Position numbers and translations under genes: made by a program. Under the pieces are notes generated by a model. That model was not told where the DNA came from, ran no database searches, and saw nothing but the letters and a program-made list of their open reading frames with translations. Of a stretch of 64,000 nt of DNA, positions 1 through 9,673 are shown piece after piece (the first letter of the stretch is position 1; every line of letters starts with the position of its first letter). The DNA comes from Thermoplasmatota archaeon (GTDB lineage: Archaea; Thermoplasmatota; JASEFT01). The DNA lies in contig JASEFT010000001.1 in assembly GCA_030018475.1 (NCBI GenBank), positions 15,111 to 79,110 on the forward strand, in the 5' to 3' direction.

Positions 1-951
1 GGCAGTCATGAGAAAGTCTCTGATAAAGATGCTAGAAATCTTTTAGGAATGCCTTTAAATTATATTTCTAGTAGCTCTAAATATCCTAATGAGTTTGAAT
101 ATGTAGGTAGTACTTCAAGAGGTACTGAAGTAAAGCTCAATAAAACATATCTAGAAGCTGATTTTAGAATATTAATTGGCGATGTAGAGCTCCATTATTT
201 TGCAGGATATGGCGGCGGAAGAAAATCTATTTTGCCAGGTGTTTCTGCACATGAAACTATTCAGAGCAATCACAAGCTAATGTTCGATAGAAACTGCAGA
301 CTAGGTAATTTGGAAAATAATCCTGTTCATTTAGATATGCTAGAAGCTTACGAGCTTGCAAACGTAGATTTTTTAGTTAATGTAGTGCAGAATGCGCAGC
401 GCAAACTTGTTGGCGTGTATGCTGGTAGCCATGACGCTTTTTACAAATGCGTTGAGCTCGTTGATAGAATGTGTAAAGTAAAAATATCTGAAAAACCAGA
501 TATTGTAGTTGCAGCTGCTGATGGTCATCCTCACGATATTGATTTCTATCAAGCAATTAAAGCTATTCAGACAGTTATTGAGGTTATAAAAGAAGGTGGA
601 GTGCTAATTCTTGTATGCAAATGCTCTAATGGTATTGGAAGCGATATATTTTATCAAGCAATGCAAAAATATAGTAGTAGTGACGAGGTAAAAGCTCATT
701 TACTTGAAAATTTTGTTATGGGTGTGCATAAAGCTTATTATTTACTTAAAGCTCTTGAAAAATTAAATATTATTTTAGTTTCTGAAATAGAAAGAAATAT
801 TGTAGAGCATGTTTTTAAATTAAGGTACGCAAAGAACATAGAGGCTGCCTTAAATTTAGCATTTGAACTTGTAGGCAAAGACTCAAATATTTTAGTTTCG
901 CCTAACGGAAGTACAACTCTTGTAGAGCTAAATCGTAATAAGAATGTTTAG
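1..951 (+). CDS. LarA-like (lactate racemase family, DUF2088) protein, 5' partial (continues upstream of window)
   Basis: Open frame from nt 1 with no upstream stop in the window. Motif HYFAGYGGGRK...H resembles the LarA H-x-F-x-G-x-x-GG-x-K nickel-pincer-cofactor binding region. Overlaps the next gene by 8 nt. Confidence 0.5.
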   Translation, partial: GSHEKVSDKDARNLLGMPLNYISSSSKYPNEFEYVGSTSRGTEVKLNKTYLEADFRILIGDVELHYFAGYGGGRKSILPGVSAHETIQSNHKLMFDRNCRLGNLENNPVHLDMLEAYELANVDFLVNVVQNAQRKLVGVYAGSHDAFYKCVELVDRMCKVKISEKPDIVVAAADGHPHDIDFYQAIKAIQTVIEVIKEGGVLILVCKCSNGIGSDIFYQAMQKYSSSDEVKAHLLENFVMGVHKAYYLLKALEKLNIILVSEIERNIVEHVFKLRYAKNIEAALNLAFELVGKDSNILVSPNGSTTLVELNRNKNV

Positions 952-2029
952 ATCTTTGTATTCTTTTGGTGTTGAAAAAGTCAAATGCAGGGTCTGTGGG
1001 AAAGAAGGTATAGAAACATCAAAAACTCTCGCGGTATGCTCCAACTGCATTAAAAGTAGATGGCAAGAGGCAGAGCCTTTGGTTAAAGAAGCACACTCAA
1101 ATATAAGGGGAAAATTTTCTATGCCTATTGAGCCACCTAAAAGTGAAGGTGGTATTGATTGCGGGCTATGCTTAAACAACTGCAAGCTCAAGTCTGACGA
1201 AATAGGGTATTGCGGGATAAGAGTTAATAGAAACGGTAGAATTGAAAGTCTTGTTGGCAATAATAATGCAGTTCTAGAATGGTACTATGATGCTCTACCA
1301 ACGAATTGCGTTGCAATGGAGTTCTGCGAAAATCGCAAGCTCAGCTACCAGTACAAGAACTTAGCGGTGTTTTATGGCGCTTGTAGCTTTAATTGCCTTT
1401 TCTGTCAGAACTGGCATTATCGTCACTTAGTGAAAGAGCTGAGACCTGTAATGAGTGCAAATGAACTCGCCTCTAAAGTAGATGGAAGCACAAAGTGCGT
1501 TTGCTATTTTGGCGGCGATCCTACACCTCAAATTCTGCATGCAATTGAAACCAGTAAAATTATTCTAGGAACTAGAAATGATGTAAGAATATGTTTTGAA
1601 ACTAATGGTAGCATGAGCAGAAGTATAGTTAAAAAAGCTGCTGAGCTAGCTTTCCAATCCAAAGGTACTATTAAATTCGATTTGAAAGCTCATACTGAAG
1701 AGCTCAATATTGCGCTATGCAGCGTTTCAAATAAAAACACTCTCGCTAATTTCGAATGGCTTGCAGAAAACTTTAGTTCTGATTATAATTTCCTAGTCGC
1801 AAGTACTTTACTTGTCCCCGGCTACGTTGATGAAAAAGAAGTCGAGAATATTGCAAAATTTATCTCTGCGCTAAGCAAAAAAATTCCATATAATTTACTT
1901 GCATTTCATCCACAGTTTTATATGACCGATATGCCCGTAACCTCAAAAGAGCTTGCTTTTAAATGCTATAAAATAGCAACTAAATATTTAGAAAATGTAA
2001 GAATTGGTAATGTGCATTTGCTGGTGTGA
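944..2029 (+). CDS. radical SAM enzyme (PflA/glycyl-radical-activase-like) with N-terminal Cys-rich extension
   Basis: CSFNCLFCQNW matches CxxxCxxC. Extra CxxC...CxxC and CGLCLNNC...C cluster motifs lie upstream. 361 aa; translationally coupled to the LarA-like gene. Confidence 0.7.
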   Translation: MFRSLYSFGVEKVKCRVCGKEGIETSKTLAVCSNCIKSRWQEAEPLVKEAHSNIRGKFSMPIEPPKSEGGIDCGLCLNNCKLKSDEIGYCGIRVNRNGRIESLVGNNNAVLEWYYDALPTNCVAMEFCENRKLSYQYKNLAVFYGACSFNCLFCQNWHYRHLVKELRPVMSANELASKVDGSTKCVCYFGGDPTPQILHAIETSKIILGTRNDVRICFETNGSMSRSIVKKAAELAFQSKGTIKFDLKAHTEELNIALCSVSNKNTLANFEWLAENFSSDYNFLVASTLLVPGYVDEKEVENIAKFISALSKKIPYNLLAFHPQFYMTDMPVTSKELAFKCYKIATKYLENVRIGNVHLLV

Positions 2030-2074
2030 ATATTGTTGGAAAACTTTTTACCGCTCTAGAACCTTTTCGTTAAT

Positions 2075-3238
2075 ATGAGCAATAGATTTGCTAGATCGTT
2101 GTATAGGCTAAGTGGCGAAGCTGCTTTTGAAACTCTTGCTAAAGCAAAGCAGCTGGAGCGCGAAGGTAAAAAGATAATACATTTTGAAATAGGCGAGCCT
2201 GATTTTAATACGCCTAGCGCTATAAAGCAAGCTGCTAAAAAAGGATTGGACCTCAATCTCACTCACTATGTACCTTCAGCAGGGCTTTTAGAGCTACGCG
2301 AGAGTGTTAGAGAATATATTAAAATTAAAAGAGGCTTTGAGCCAGAGCTAGAGCAAGTAGTAATAACTCCTGGCGTAAAGCCTGCGGTTTTTTATTCTAT
2401 TTTATCTTTGGTGGAAAAAGGCAACGAGGTTATATACCCAGACCCAGGCTATCCAACTTACTACTCCCTAATAGATTACGTGGGTGCTAAAAAAGTGCCT
2501 GTAAAGCTTGTAGATGAAGAAGAGTTTAGAATGACTCCTGAGGATATTAACGAAAAAATCACTAATAAAACTAAGCTTATTATCCTAAACTCACCAGAAA
2601 ACCCTACAGGTGGAACGAATACAGAAAAAGATATGAAAGGTATCGCTGAGTTAGCTGAAGATCATGATTTGTTCGTAATATCTGATGAAATATACTCAGA
2701 GATAATCTATGATGGCAAGCATTATTCTCCATGTAAATACGATGCTTGCACTGAGCGCTCAGTACTTATAGACGGCTTTTCTAAATCATTTGCAATGACT
2801 GGCTGGAGGCTTGGCTATATTATTACTAATAAAGAGCTTGCACGAAAAATAACTACTTTCATTACAAACTCAGTTAGCTGTACCAACTCTTTCGTTCAAT
2901 ACGCAGGTATAGAAGCGCTAAGGCGTTGTGAACAAGAAGTAAAAAAGATGGTTAAAGAATTTAAGCGCAGAAGAGATGCTATAGTTAAAGGATTGAATTC
3001 TGTAAAAGGATTTAAGTGCCTATTACCCAAAGGCGCTTTCTATGTATTCCCTAATATTGAAGAAACAAACTATACTTGCGAAGAGCTTGCAGAGCTTCTA
3101 TTAGAGAAAATAGGAGTCTGCACATTGCCTGGAACAGCTTTCGGAGAAGGCGGTAAGGGGCATATTCGCTTCTCTTACGCAAATTCTATTGAAAACATAG
3201 AAAAAGGGGTAGAGCTAATAAAATCAATATTAGGCTAG
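2075..3238 (+). CDS. class I/II (aspartate-family) PLP aminotransferase
   Basis: NSPENPTG motif and PLP-lysine motif SFSKSFAMTGWRLGY. 387 aa. Confidence 0.85.
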   Translation: MSNRFARSLYRLSGEAAFETLAKAKQLEREGKKIIHFEIGEPDFNTPSAIKQAAKKGLDLNLTHYVPSAGLLELRESVREYIKIKRGFEPELEQVVITPGVKPAVFYSILSLVEKGNEVIYPDPGYPTYYSLIDYVGAKKVPVKLVDEEEFRMTPEDINEKITNKTKLIILNSPENPTGGTNTEKDMKGIAELAEDHDLFVISDEIYSEIIYDGKHYSPCKYDACTERSVLIDGFSKSFAMTGWRLGYIITNKELARKITTFITNSVSCTNSFVQYAGIEALRRCEQEVKKMVKEFKRRRDAIVKGLNSVKGFKCLLPKGAFYVFPNIEETNYTCEELAELLLEKIGVCTLPGTAFGEGGKGHIRFSYANSIENIEKGVELIKSILG

Positions 3239-3753
3239 AGCGGCTCTCTAGCAGATGCTTTTGTGCAATAATAATCGTTATAACTCACGTTTTCACCTGA
3301 ATAACCAATACCTGAAGCTTCTACTCTGAGTTTCCACATGCCTGGCGTAGGGCTCGATATCAGTGGAGATTCTTCCGCAGTCTCTCTATAAGTTTTGTTA
3401 AAATATATGCCATCCGGCGAATCTAAAGATACAGTTACATACCTTTGCTGAGCTATTATCTCAGTAAGCGGTATAAGCTCTGCAATCTCCGGAAAAGTCT
3501 TAATATTAACCTTGATATCTATACGTAAAGAGTAAGTTCCTTCAATTATTGTAAACTGCTTCTCATCAGTTTGCTGCTCTGGAATAATTGTAGTGAATGT
3601 ATATTCTAAACTGGCTTTATCAGTAATTTTATAATTTATCTCGGGAAGAAAAGTCTTTCCACCGAACAGCTCTTTACCTAAATGGACATCTAAGCACCCT
3701 GAAATACTAATTGTAACAGAAATAATCACGAAGGCTAAAAGCGCAGTTTTCAT
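3235..3753 (-). CDS. secreted lipoprotein-like hypothetical protein
   Basis: N-terminal hydrophobic signal with a lipobox-like ISGC. 172 aa. No recognisable catalytic motif. Confidence 0.4.
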   Translation of the reverse strand: MKTALLAFVIISVTISISGCLDVHLGKELFGGKTFLPEINYKITDKASLEYTFTTIIPEQQTDEKQFTIIEGTYSLRIDIKVNIKTFPEIAELIPLTEIIAQQRYVTVSLDSPDGIYFNKTYRETAEESPLISSPTPGMWKLRVEASGIGYSGENVSYNDYYCTKASAREPL

Positions 3754-3797
3754 CAGTACTATATCAGCTTAAAATATATAAAATTTTTATCCTACGA

Positions 3798-5576
3798 ATG
3801 TATTCATTAAAATCAATGAGACTTGCCGCTTTGCTAAAAGAACGCTGTAATTCTAAGATTTGCGGTTTAGAATGCATTAAATACTGTCCTGTGGTTCGGA
3901 GCGGTAAAGAAGCTGTTGTGCTAGTAGCTGACAAGCCTTCGATTTCAGAAGAGCTTTGCGTAGGGTGCGGTATTTGTACGCACAAATGCCCTTTTGAAGC
4001 TATTAAAATTATTAATTTACCAGAAGAGCTGAAAGAGGAGCTTGTGCACCAGTATGGCAGGAACGAGTTTAGATTGTTTAGATTGCCGTCTATAAAAGAA
4101 GGAAAAGTTATTGCTCTCTTAGGTCCTAACGGTATAGGAAAGACTACAGCTTTAAATATACTGTGCGGAGACCTTGTTCCTAATTTAGGAAATTGCTATA
4201 AGCCAGCTGAATGGCAGCACTGCTTGAAAAAATTTGCAGGTACTGAACTTTATAACTATTTAAGCAAGCTTGCAACTAAAAAAATCACTGCCTCAATAAA
4301 GCCTCAATATGTAGATAAACTGCTCGATACCTGCACAAATAAAAAAGTTATAGAGCTCCTTGAAAGTAACAATCCTTCTAAAGAGCATTTGAATTTCGTT
4401 ATGCAGCAGCTAGAGCTTGAAGATTTAAAGGAACGTTACCTAGCTACTCTTGCAGGTGGCGAATTGCAAAGAGTAGCGATTGCAAATACAATTTTGAAAA
4501 GCGCGGATATTTACTTTTTCGATGAGCCTTCCTCTTATCTTGATGTATACCAGAGATTAAAAGCAGCTAGAATTATAAAAGTATTGGCGGAGCGAAAAAA
4601 AGTAGTTGTTGTAGAGCACGACTTAGCAGTTCTGGATTTTCTAGCAGACGAAATATGTCTTTTATACGGTAGTGAGGGCGCTTACGGAATCGTGGCTCAG
4701 CCTAAAACGGCAAGGGTTGCAATTAACGACTATCTTGAAGGCTATTTAAAAGAAGAAAATGTGAGGTTTAGGGATTGGAAGATTGAATTTGCTACTAAGC
4801 CTGCAATACGCAGATGGCCTAGCGGAGTATTTTTTGAATACGGAGCTTTAGTAAAAAGTTACGAGAAATTCGTACTTAGAGTAAGCGAAGGTAAAGTGCA
4901 TAAAGGCGAAGTTGTAGGTATTGTAGGGCCCAATGCTACTGGTAAAACTACTTTTATGGAGCTTTTGGCAGGCAAGCTAAAACCTAGCGAAGGTAAAATT
5001 GACCTTGCTCTTACTATTAGTTACAAGCCTCAATATATAAATCTTAAAGGCGATGCAAAAGTCAAAGAACTGCTCACCGAGAAAACAGCTGAAGCAAGTT
5101 TGCTAGTAGAGCTTGAACGAGGACTGAGCTTAAAGAGTCTGTACAACAAATCTGTAAATGCTCTATCTGGAGGCGAGCTACAAAGAGTTGCAATTGCTTT
5201 AGCGCTGGCGCAAGAAGCAGATATTTATTTGATTGACGAACCTTCCGCTTATCTCGATTCTAGCCAGAGAATGGAGGCTGCAAAAACTATAAGAAAAATG
5301 ATGGAGCAAAGAGGTAAAAGCGCAATGATTGTAGATCACGACGTTTATTTGATAGATCTTGTGGCTGATAGTTTGGTGGTGTTCTCAGGAATACCAGCTA
5401 AAGAAGGTTTTGCTCAAGGTCCGTTTGATATGCGCACAGGTATGAATCTATTTTTGAAATCTTTAGATATAACTTTCAGAAGAGATGCTGACAGCAACAG
5501 ACCGAGGATAAACAAGCCCGAATCAAGATTAGACAGGGAGCAGAAGGAGAAAGGCGAGTATTATTACATAACTTAA
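3798..5576 (+). CDS. abcE1: ABCE1 / RNase L inhibitor-type ribosome recycling ATPase (true start probably Met at 3816)
   Basis: N-terminal two 4Fe-4S ferredoxin motifs (CGLECIKYCP, CVGCGICTHKCP). Two ABC domains with Walker A GPNGIGKTT and GPNATGKTT and LSGGELQR signatures. Confidence 0.92.
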   Translation: MYSLKSMRLAALLKERCNSKICGLECIKYCPVVRSGKEAVVLVADKPSISEELCVGCGICTHKCPFEAIKIINLPEELKEELVHQYGRNEFRLFRLPSIKEGKVIALLGPNGIGKTTALNILCGDLVPNLGNCYKPAEWQHCLKKFAGTELYNYLSKLATKKITASIKPQYVDKLLDTCTNKKVIELLESNNPSKEHLNFVMQQLELEDLKERYLATLAGGELQRVAIANTILKSADIYFFDEPSSYLDVYQRLKAARIIKVLAERKKVVVVEHDLAVLDFLADEICLLYGSEGAYGIVAQPKTARVAINDYLEGYLKEENVRFRDWKIEFATKPAIRRWPSGVFFEYGALVKSYEKFVLRVSEGKVHKGEVVGIVGPNATGKTTFMELLAGKLKPSEGKIDLALTISYKPQYINLKGDAKVKELLTEKTAEASLLVELERGLSLKSLYNKSVNALSGGELQRVAIALALAQEADIYLIDEPSAYLDSSQRMEAAKTIRKMMEQRGKSAMIVDHDVYLIDLVADSLVVFSGIPAKEGFAQGPFDMRTGMNLFLKSLDITFRRDADSNRPRINKPESRLDREQKEKGEYYYIT

Positions 5577-6341
5577 TTACCTGACTTCAGGAATTGCTGG
5601 TAGCGCCCTTTTATGCTCAGAACTTTCTATCATCTTCTTTACGCGCCCAGCTTCTCTTGACGGCAAATCAAGCTCTTTCGCAATCTCTTTACAGCTCAAT
5701 CCTTTTTCTAATTTCATCAAAATCATATCAAGCTTCTTATAACTTATACCCAACTCTTTCTCGTCAGTTTGTCCTTTCCACAACCCAGCGCTAGGAACTT
5801 TAGCGATGATTTTATGATGAATTCCCAGCCCTTTTGCTAGCTCTCTTACCTGAGTTTTATATAGATTGCCCAAGGGCAAAATATCGCAAGCGCCATCTCC
5901 ATATTTTGTAAAATAGCCCACAAGTCTCTCTGATTTATTACCGGTACCAACAACAAGATAGTTTAGCTTGTTTGCAAAAAAGTAGAGGAGAATCATTCTT
6001 ACCCTTGCCTGTATATTACCGTATTCTTCACGAGTTGCTTTTTCTAAAACAAAGTTATCTGCGATTTTAGAAATATCTATAACCTTATAATTCGCTTTCC
6101 AAGTTTTTGCGAACTCTATAGCGTCTTTAGTATCATCCCATTTTGTAATTTTCCCAGGGAGTATCAGCAGCAGTACATTTTTATTTCCTAGAGCTTCAAT
6201 GCACAGCTTGGCAGTGACTGCAGAATCTAATCCACCACTTAATCCAACAACTGCGCCTCCTGCATTTGCCTCTTTTACTTTAGCTCTGATAAACGATTTT
6301 ATAAGTTCTACGTATCGTGCCTCAAGTTCTGATTTTTTCAT
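5577..6341 (-). CDS. nadE: NH3-dependent NAD+ synthetase
   Basis: PP-loop SGGLDSAV and typical NadE length (254 aa). Confidence 0.85.
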   Translation of the reverse strand: MKKSELEARYVELIKSFIRAKVKEANAGGAVVGLSGGLDSAVTAKLCIEALGNKNVLLLILPGKITKWDDTKDAIEFAKTWKANYKVIDISKIADNFVLEKATREEYGNIQARVRMILLYFFANKLNYLVVGTGNKSERLVGYFTKYGDGACDILPLGNLYKTQVRELAKGLGIHHKIIAKVPSAGLWKGQTDEKELGISYKKLDMILMKLEKGLSCKEIAKELDLPSREAGRVKKMIESSEHKRALPAIPEVR

Positions 6342-6397
6342 AGCAAAGAATCTGTATACGAATAAATAAATATAATCAAAAGATATTCTTCCTTTCT

Positions 6398-7180
6398 ATG
6401 AGACTAAAAGTCGCGATAGTTCAAGGTGCTCCTTCAACATGCAACAAAGAAGAAAATTTAAAATTTATGGAGAGTAAAATTAGAAGAAGCGAAGCAGAGC
6501 TAATAGTATTTCCCGAGCTATTCCTTACGGGCTATGAATGTGACGATAGATTTTCTGAACTTGCGGAACCTTTAGAAGGCGAAAGTATGAGTAGAATTAC
6601 AAAACTTGCGCAATCGAAAAACTGCTATGTGATTTTCGGTATGCCTGAGTTAGCAGGAAAATCTGTGTATAACTCCAGTGTCTTGGTAACATGCGATGGA
6701 TTGGCAAAGAGCTATAGAAAAATCCATCTACCGCATTTCTGGAAATTCAAAGAGAAATCTTATTTTAGGGAGGGCAAGGATCCTGTTATTGCGAATACTA
6801 AATTTGGCAAATTGGGTATGATGATATGCTACGATTTGTTCTTTCCAGAACTTGCTAAATTCTATGCCCTTAAAGGCGCGAATATTATAATTTGTATTTC
6901 CGCAGCTCCAGTGCAGAGCCAGAGATATTTTGAAGTTTTGACTCAAGCGAGAGCATTAGAAAACACAGTGTTTTTGGTTTATGCAAATCTTGTAAGCAGA
7001 GAAAAAAAACTTACATTTTGGGGTGGTAGCAGAGTTATAAATCCTTTAGGAAAATTAATAGCAACTGCAGGCGGTAAACCTTGTGTTTTAGAATGTGTTT
7101 TAGACCTTGCAGAAGTTAAGAGTGCAAGAAAGCAAAGGCCTGTCCTCAGAGATACTAAACTATCGTTTTTCCACGCCTAA
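6398..7180 (+). CDS. carbon-nitrogen hydrolase (nitrilase superfamily) protein
   Basis: Glu-Lys-Cys triad context (FPELFLTGYE, KIHL, MICYDLFFPE). 260 aa. Divergently arranged with nadE. Confidence 0.75.
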   Translation: MRLKVAIVQGAPSTCNKEENLKFMESKIRRSEAELIVFPELFLTGYECDDRFSELAEPLEGESMSRITKLAQSKNCYVIFGMPELAGKSVYNSSVLVTCDGLAKSYRKIHLPHFWKFKEKSYFREGKDPVIANTKFGKLGMMICYDLFFPELAKFYALKGANIIICISAAPVQSQRYFEVLTQARALENTVFLVYANLVSREKKLTFWGGSRVINPLGKLIATAGGKPCVLECVLDLAEVKSARKQRPVLRDTKLSFFHA

Positions 7181-7222
7181 CAGCTAATGAAAACGCTATG
7201 CTGACTGCTACCAACACGACAG

Positions 7223-7882
7223 TTAAGCCACCATTAACCCACATGATCCGGTAACTAAGTTCCACCCCGCCTCTTTGATTCTTACTCCTTTCACCCAAGT
7301 ATCATACTGTGCTATATCACATGTAATTCTTCCGGGATAAAAATAACCATCTCCCTTGGCTTGCAGATGAACATCACACCACCAATCTATATAGATCTTG
7401 CATCCTGGAGATGGGAAAGATACATTAGAATAAATGTAATAGAATATTTCCCCCTGCTCTTTGTGGATCATACTTAATACGATATACTTTTTTTGGTGTT
7501 TGATATAATTTTCTGTGAATATATCTACTTTCCCATTTCCTACAACTTTCAGAGCTTTGCCTCTTTCTGTATCAATTACATCGTAAGTGGCATTTCCATA
7601 AATAGTAAGATTCTCAATAAAAGGTGGGAGTTGCCCATCGACTTTTGGGTTCTCAATAAATTCTGACCAATCGGTAATGTTGATTATCACTGGCAAAGGT
7701 AAAAGCAGGGTAAAGTTTTCACTATTTGGTGGAGAGATACAGACAGTGTAATTGTAGTAACATTCTTCCCGTAATCCTAGTGTGGCACGCCATTGCTTCC
7801 AGAAATAATAATACCCGCCAATCAAAGATACCAAACACAAGGACACGATCAATAATATAAAAATCTTTTTCTTGTAGAGCAT
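7223..7882 (-). CDS. membrane-anchored hypothetical protein
   Basis: Single N-terminal TM (IFILLIVSLCLVSLIGGYYYFW). Extracytoplasmic domain has N-glycosylation sequons. Confidence 0.4.
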   Translation of the reverse strand: MLYKKKIFILLIVSLCLVSLIGGYYYFWKQWRATLGLREECYYNYTVCISPPNSENFTLLLPLPVIINITDWSEFIENPKVDGQLPPFIENLTIYGNATYDVIDTERGKALKVVGNGKVDIFTENYIKHQKKYIVLSMIHKEQGEIFYYIYSNVSFPSPGCKIYIDWWCDVHLQAKGDGYFYPGRITCDIAQYDTWVKGVRIKEAGWNLVTGSCGLMVA

Positions 7883-7888
7883 CTTGTT

Positions 7889-8332
7889 TCACCAAATTTT
7901 TTCAAATTGTATTTCTGTATTGAGTTGTGCTAGACAGGAAGAACAATAATGCATTCTCAGCGAAGATATGTTACCCTGATAGTGTTCTTTTCCGTCCATA
8001 GCACAACCACAGGTAGTGTCATAGAGACCACAGTTATGCCCCAATTCATGCGTAAAAAACTGTACTTGTCTTTTCCAATATTTGCCCCCTGTCGAAACAG
8101 CATCCCAGTATATCATGTGATCAAAAAGTACGAATGTGTTTCCTGGTCGATAACCTTTCCCCCTATCAGTTTCGTCAATACCGCTTTTATGTGCCATTAT
8201 ACAGTACCTTAACTCAAAGGTAAAAGGGAAGAAACGAAAGGTGGCTAGGTGAAGGACGTAAGCCTCATTCTGTTCAGCCTTTCCTATTACTAGAAAAAGG
8301 CTTGATAGCATGTGACTAAGCGCCCTACTCAC
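7889..8332 (-). CDS. amzA: archaemetzincin-like zinc metallopeptidase
   Basis: HELGHNCGLYDTTCGCAM followed by a downstream CSSC. This fits the archaemetzincin pattern HExxHxxG...C...CxM...CxxC. Confidence 0.55.
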   Translation of the reverse strand: MSRALSHMLSSLFLVIGKAEQNEAYVLHLATFRFFPFTFELRYCIMAHKSGIDETDRGKGYRPGNTFVLFDHMIYWDAVSTGGKYWKRQVQFFTHELGHNCGLYDTTCGCAMDGKEHYQGNISSLRMHYCSSCLAQLNTEIQFEKIW

Positions 8333-8459
8333 AGTCTTGAGCTAGTCATCCTGTTCTTTGGGCTTGCTCTAGAGTAAGATAGCCGTTTCACCAAATCTCT
8401 TTAGAACTTCATGCTCTTGCAATCATCATATACTAAAGAGCTGTGCCGTTTCTGCGCTT

Positions 8460-8745
8460 AACTTAAGGCTCTCGCCTTGCAAGCTTGCGCTTGCGCTCCT
8501 GCTCTCAGAGGGAGGACTTTCCTCAGAAGCCTTTTTCTTTTCTTTCCAAGAAAAGAAAAAGCCTTCAGGGAAAAAAGAAAAGAAGCTACGCAATTAGTAA
8601 TTGTTATTGCATTAGCAATCTTCGTATTCTCAAGGGGTTGCAAGGCAATCCCTTGCTTCTTTTTCTTTTCCACAGAGCGCTTTTCTTTTTCTTTTAAAGA
8701 AAAAAGAAAAGGGCTCCCGTGAGCTATCTGCCTTCTCCTAGCCAT
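8460..8745 (-). ncRNA. candidate structured ncRNA, copy B of a two-member family (unknown function)
   Basis: A series of near-perfect hairpins (GGAA and CUUG loops) with an enclosing helix. ~70% identical to the plus-strand element at 44563-44856, with compensatory stem changes. A TATA-like box (plus 8746-8760) lies just 5' on the minus strand. The ORFs that overlap it are low-complexity artefacts. Confidence 0.5.
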
Positions 8746-8794
8746 CTAATATTATATATGAGCTTGTTAAAAAATCTTTCGGCAGAAATGTTTC

Positions 8795-9673
8795 TTAAAC
8801 CAAAATTTTCGCTCTTTCGCCAATAGAGCATATATAGACATGTCCGTATTCTCTCAGCATCCCAACCAATTTCTTAGTATCGCCAATTGCGAACACAGAA
8901 TTTCCGAGCATAGTTTGGGCTGCGTAACCATGTGCTTGGCATTTCTCTACAACTTCAATTACCTTTTTTAGTGCCAGACCTGTTTTTAATGCAAATTCAT
9001 TTGAAACAGCGAAAAAGTTTTCGATACTCATCTTTCTAATCAATTTTTTCAAGCATTTTTCGCCCCAGAAATTAATTTTAGCTCTTAAACTTGGGTTTGT
9101 AAGAACGGATTTTGTCTCTATTTTTCTACCTACTACAGAAATTACAATTTTATTTCCATTGTGCCATGTGATATTTTTAATCAAGCCAAATGGTGGCAGA
9201 CCCTCTTTCAATCTTATTTCAAATCCTCCTATACTTTGCGCAACCACATCTCCCAAACCTGTTTTGCAATAAAGTTCCGCTTTGTGCGCTATAGCTACAA
9301 GAACTTCGTAGCTTAATCCTAGTCTTAAAGCTTCGTTTAATGCAAGTGCTGTAGACAGAGCGCCTGCACCACTAATGCCAAGACCCTGTGAGATAGGGAG
9401 TTGGAATGAGCTCTTCACTCTAACATTTAAATTCTCATTACTCACAAGTTCTTCAGCTACTTTTCTAGTTACCTCAGCTTTTGCTTTTTTATTGTTTAAA
9501 AAAATCACTATTTTTCTAGTGGCACTTCTTTCCACCTCTGCCTCTGTGACTACTCCCTCAGACAAGCACAAACCTGCGCCTCTAGAGCCTTTTCTGCGAA
9601 AATCTTTTGCAGTATTGCCTATTCTGAAGAATCCTGTAATATGCCCTGGTGCGAAAGCTCTTGCAACTCTCAT
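8795..9673 (-). CDS. GHMP kinase family protein, probable archaeal pantoate kinase
   Basis: GHMP motif GLGISGAGALSTALALNEAL. 292 aa. 4-nt overlap with coaBC, as in archaeal CoA-pathway gene pairs. Confidence 0.55.
   Translation of the reverse strand: MRVARAFAPGHITGFFRIGNTAKDFRRKGSRGAGLCLSEGVVTEAEVERSATRKIVIFLNNKKAKAEVTRKVAEELVSNENLNVRVKSSFQLPISQGLGISGAGALSTALALNEALRLGLSYEVLVAIAHKAELYCKTGLGDVVAQSIGGFEIRLKEGLPPFGLIKNITWHNGNKIVISVVGRKIETKSVLTNPSLRAKINFWGEKCLKKLIRKMSIENFFAVSNEFALKTGLALKKVIEVVEKCQAHGYAAQTMLGNSVFAIGDTKKLVGMLREYGHVYICSIGERAKILV

Noticed and set aside
8458-8745. Three overlapping ORFs (95, 81 and 70 aa) predicted across the 8.4-8.7 kb spacer
   Set aside because: They are Lys/Glu/Phe/Leu low-complexity translations of AAAAG/CTTTT hairpin arms. 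The region is better explained as the structured element (copy B).
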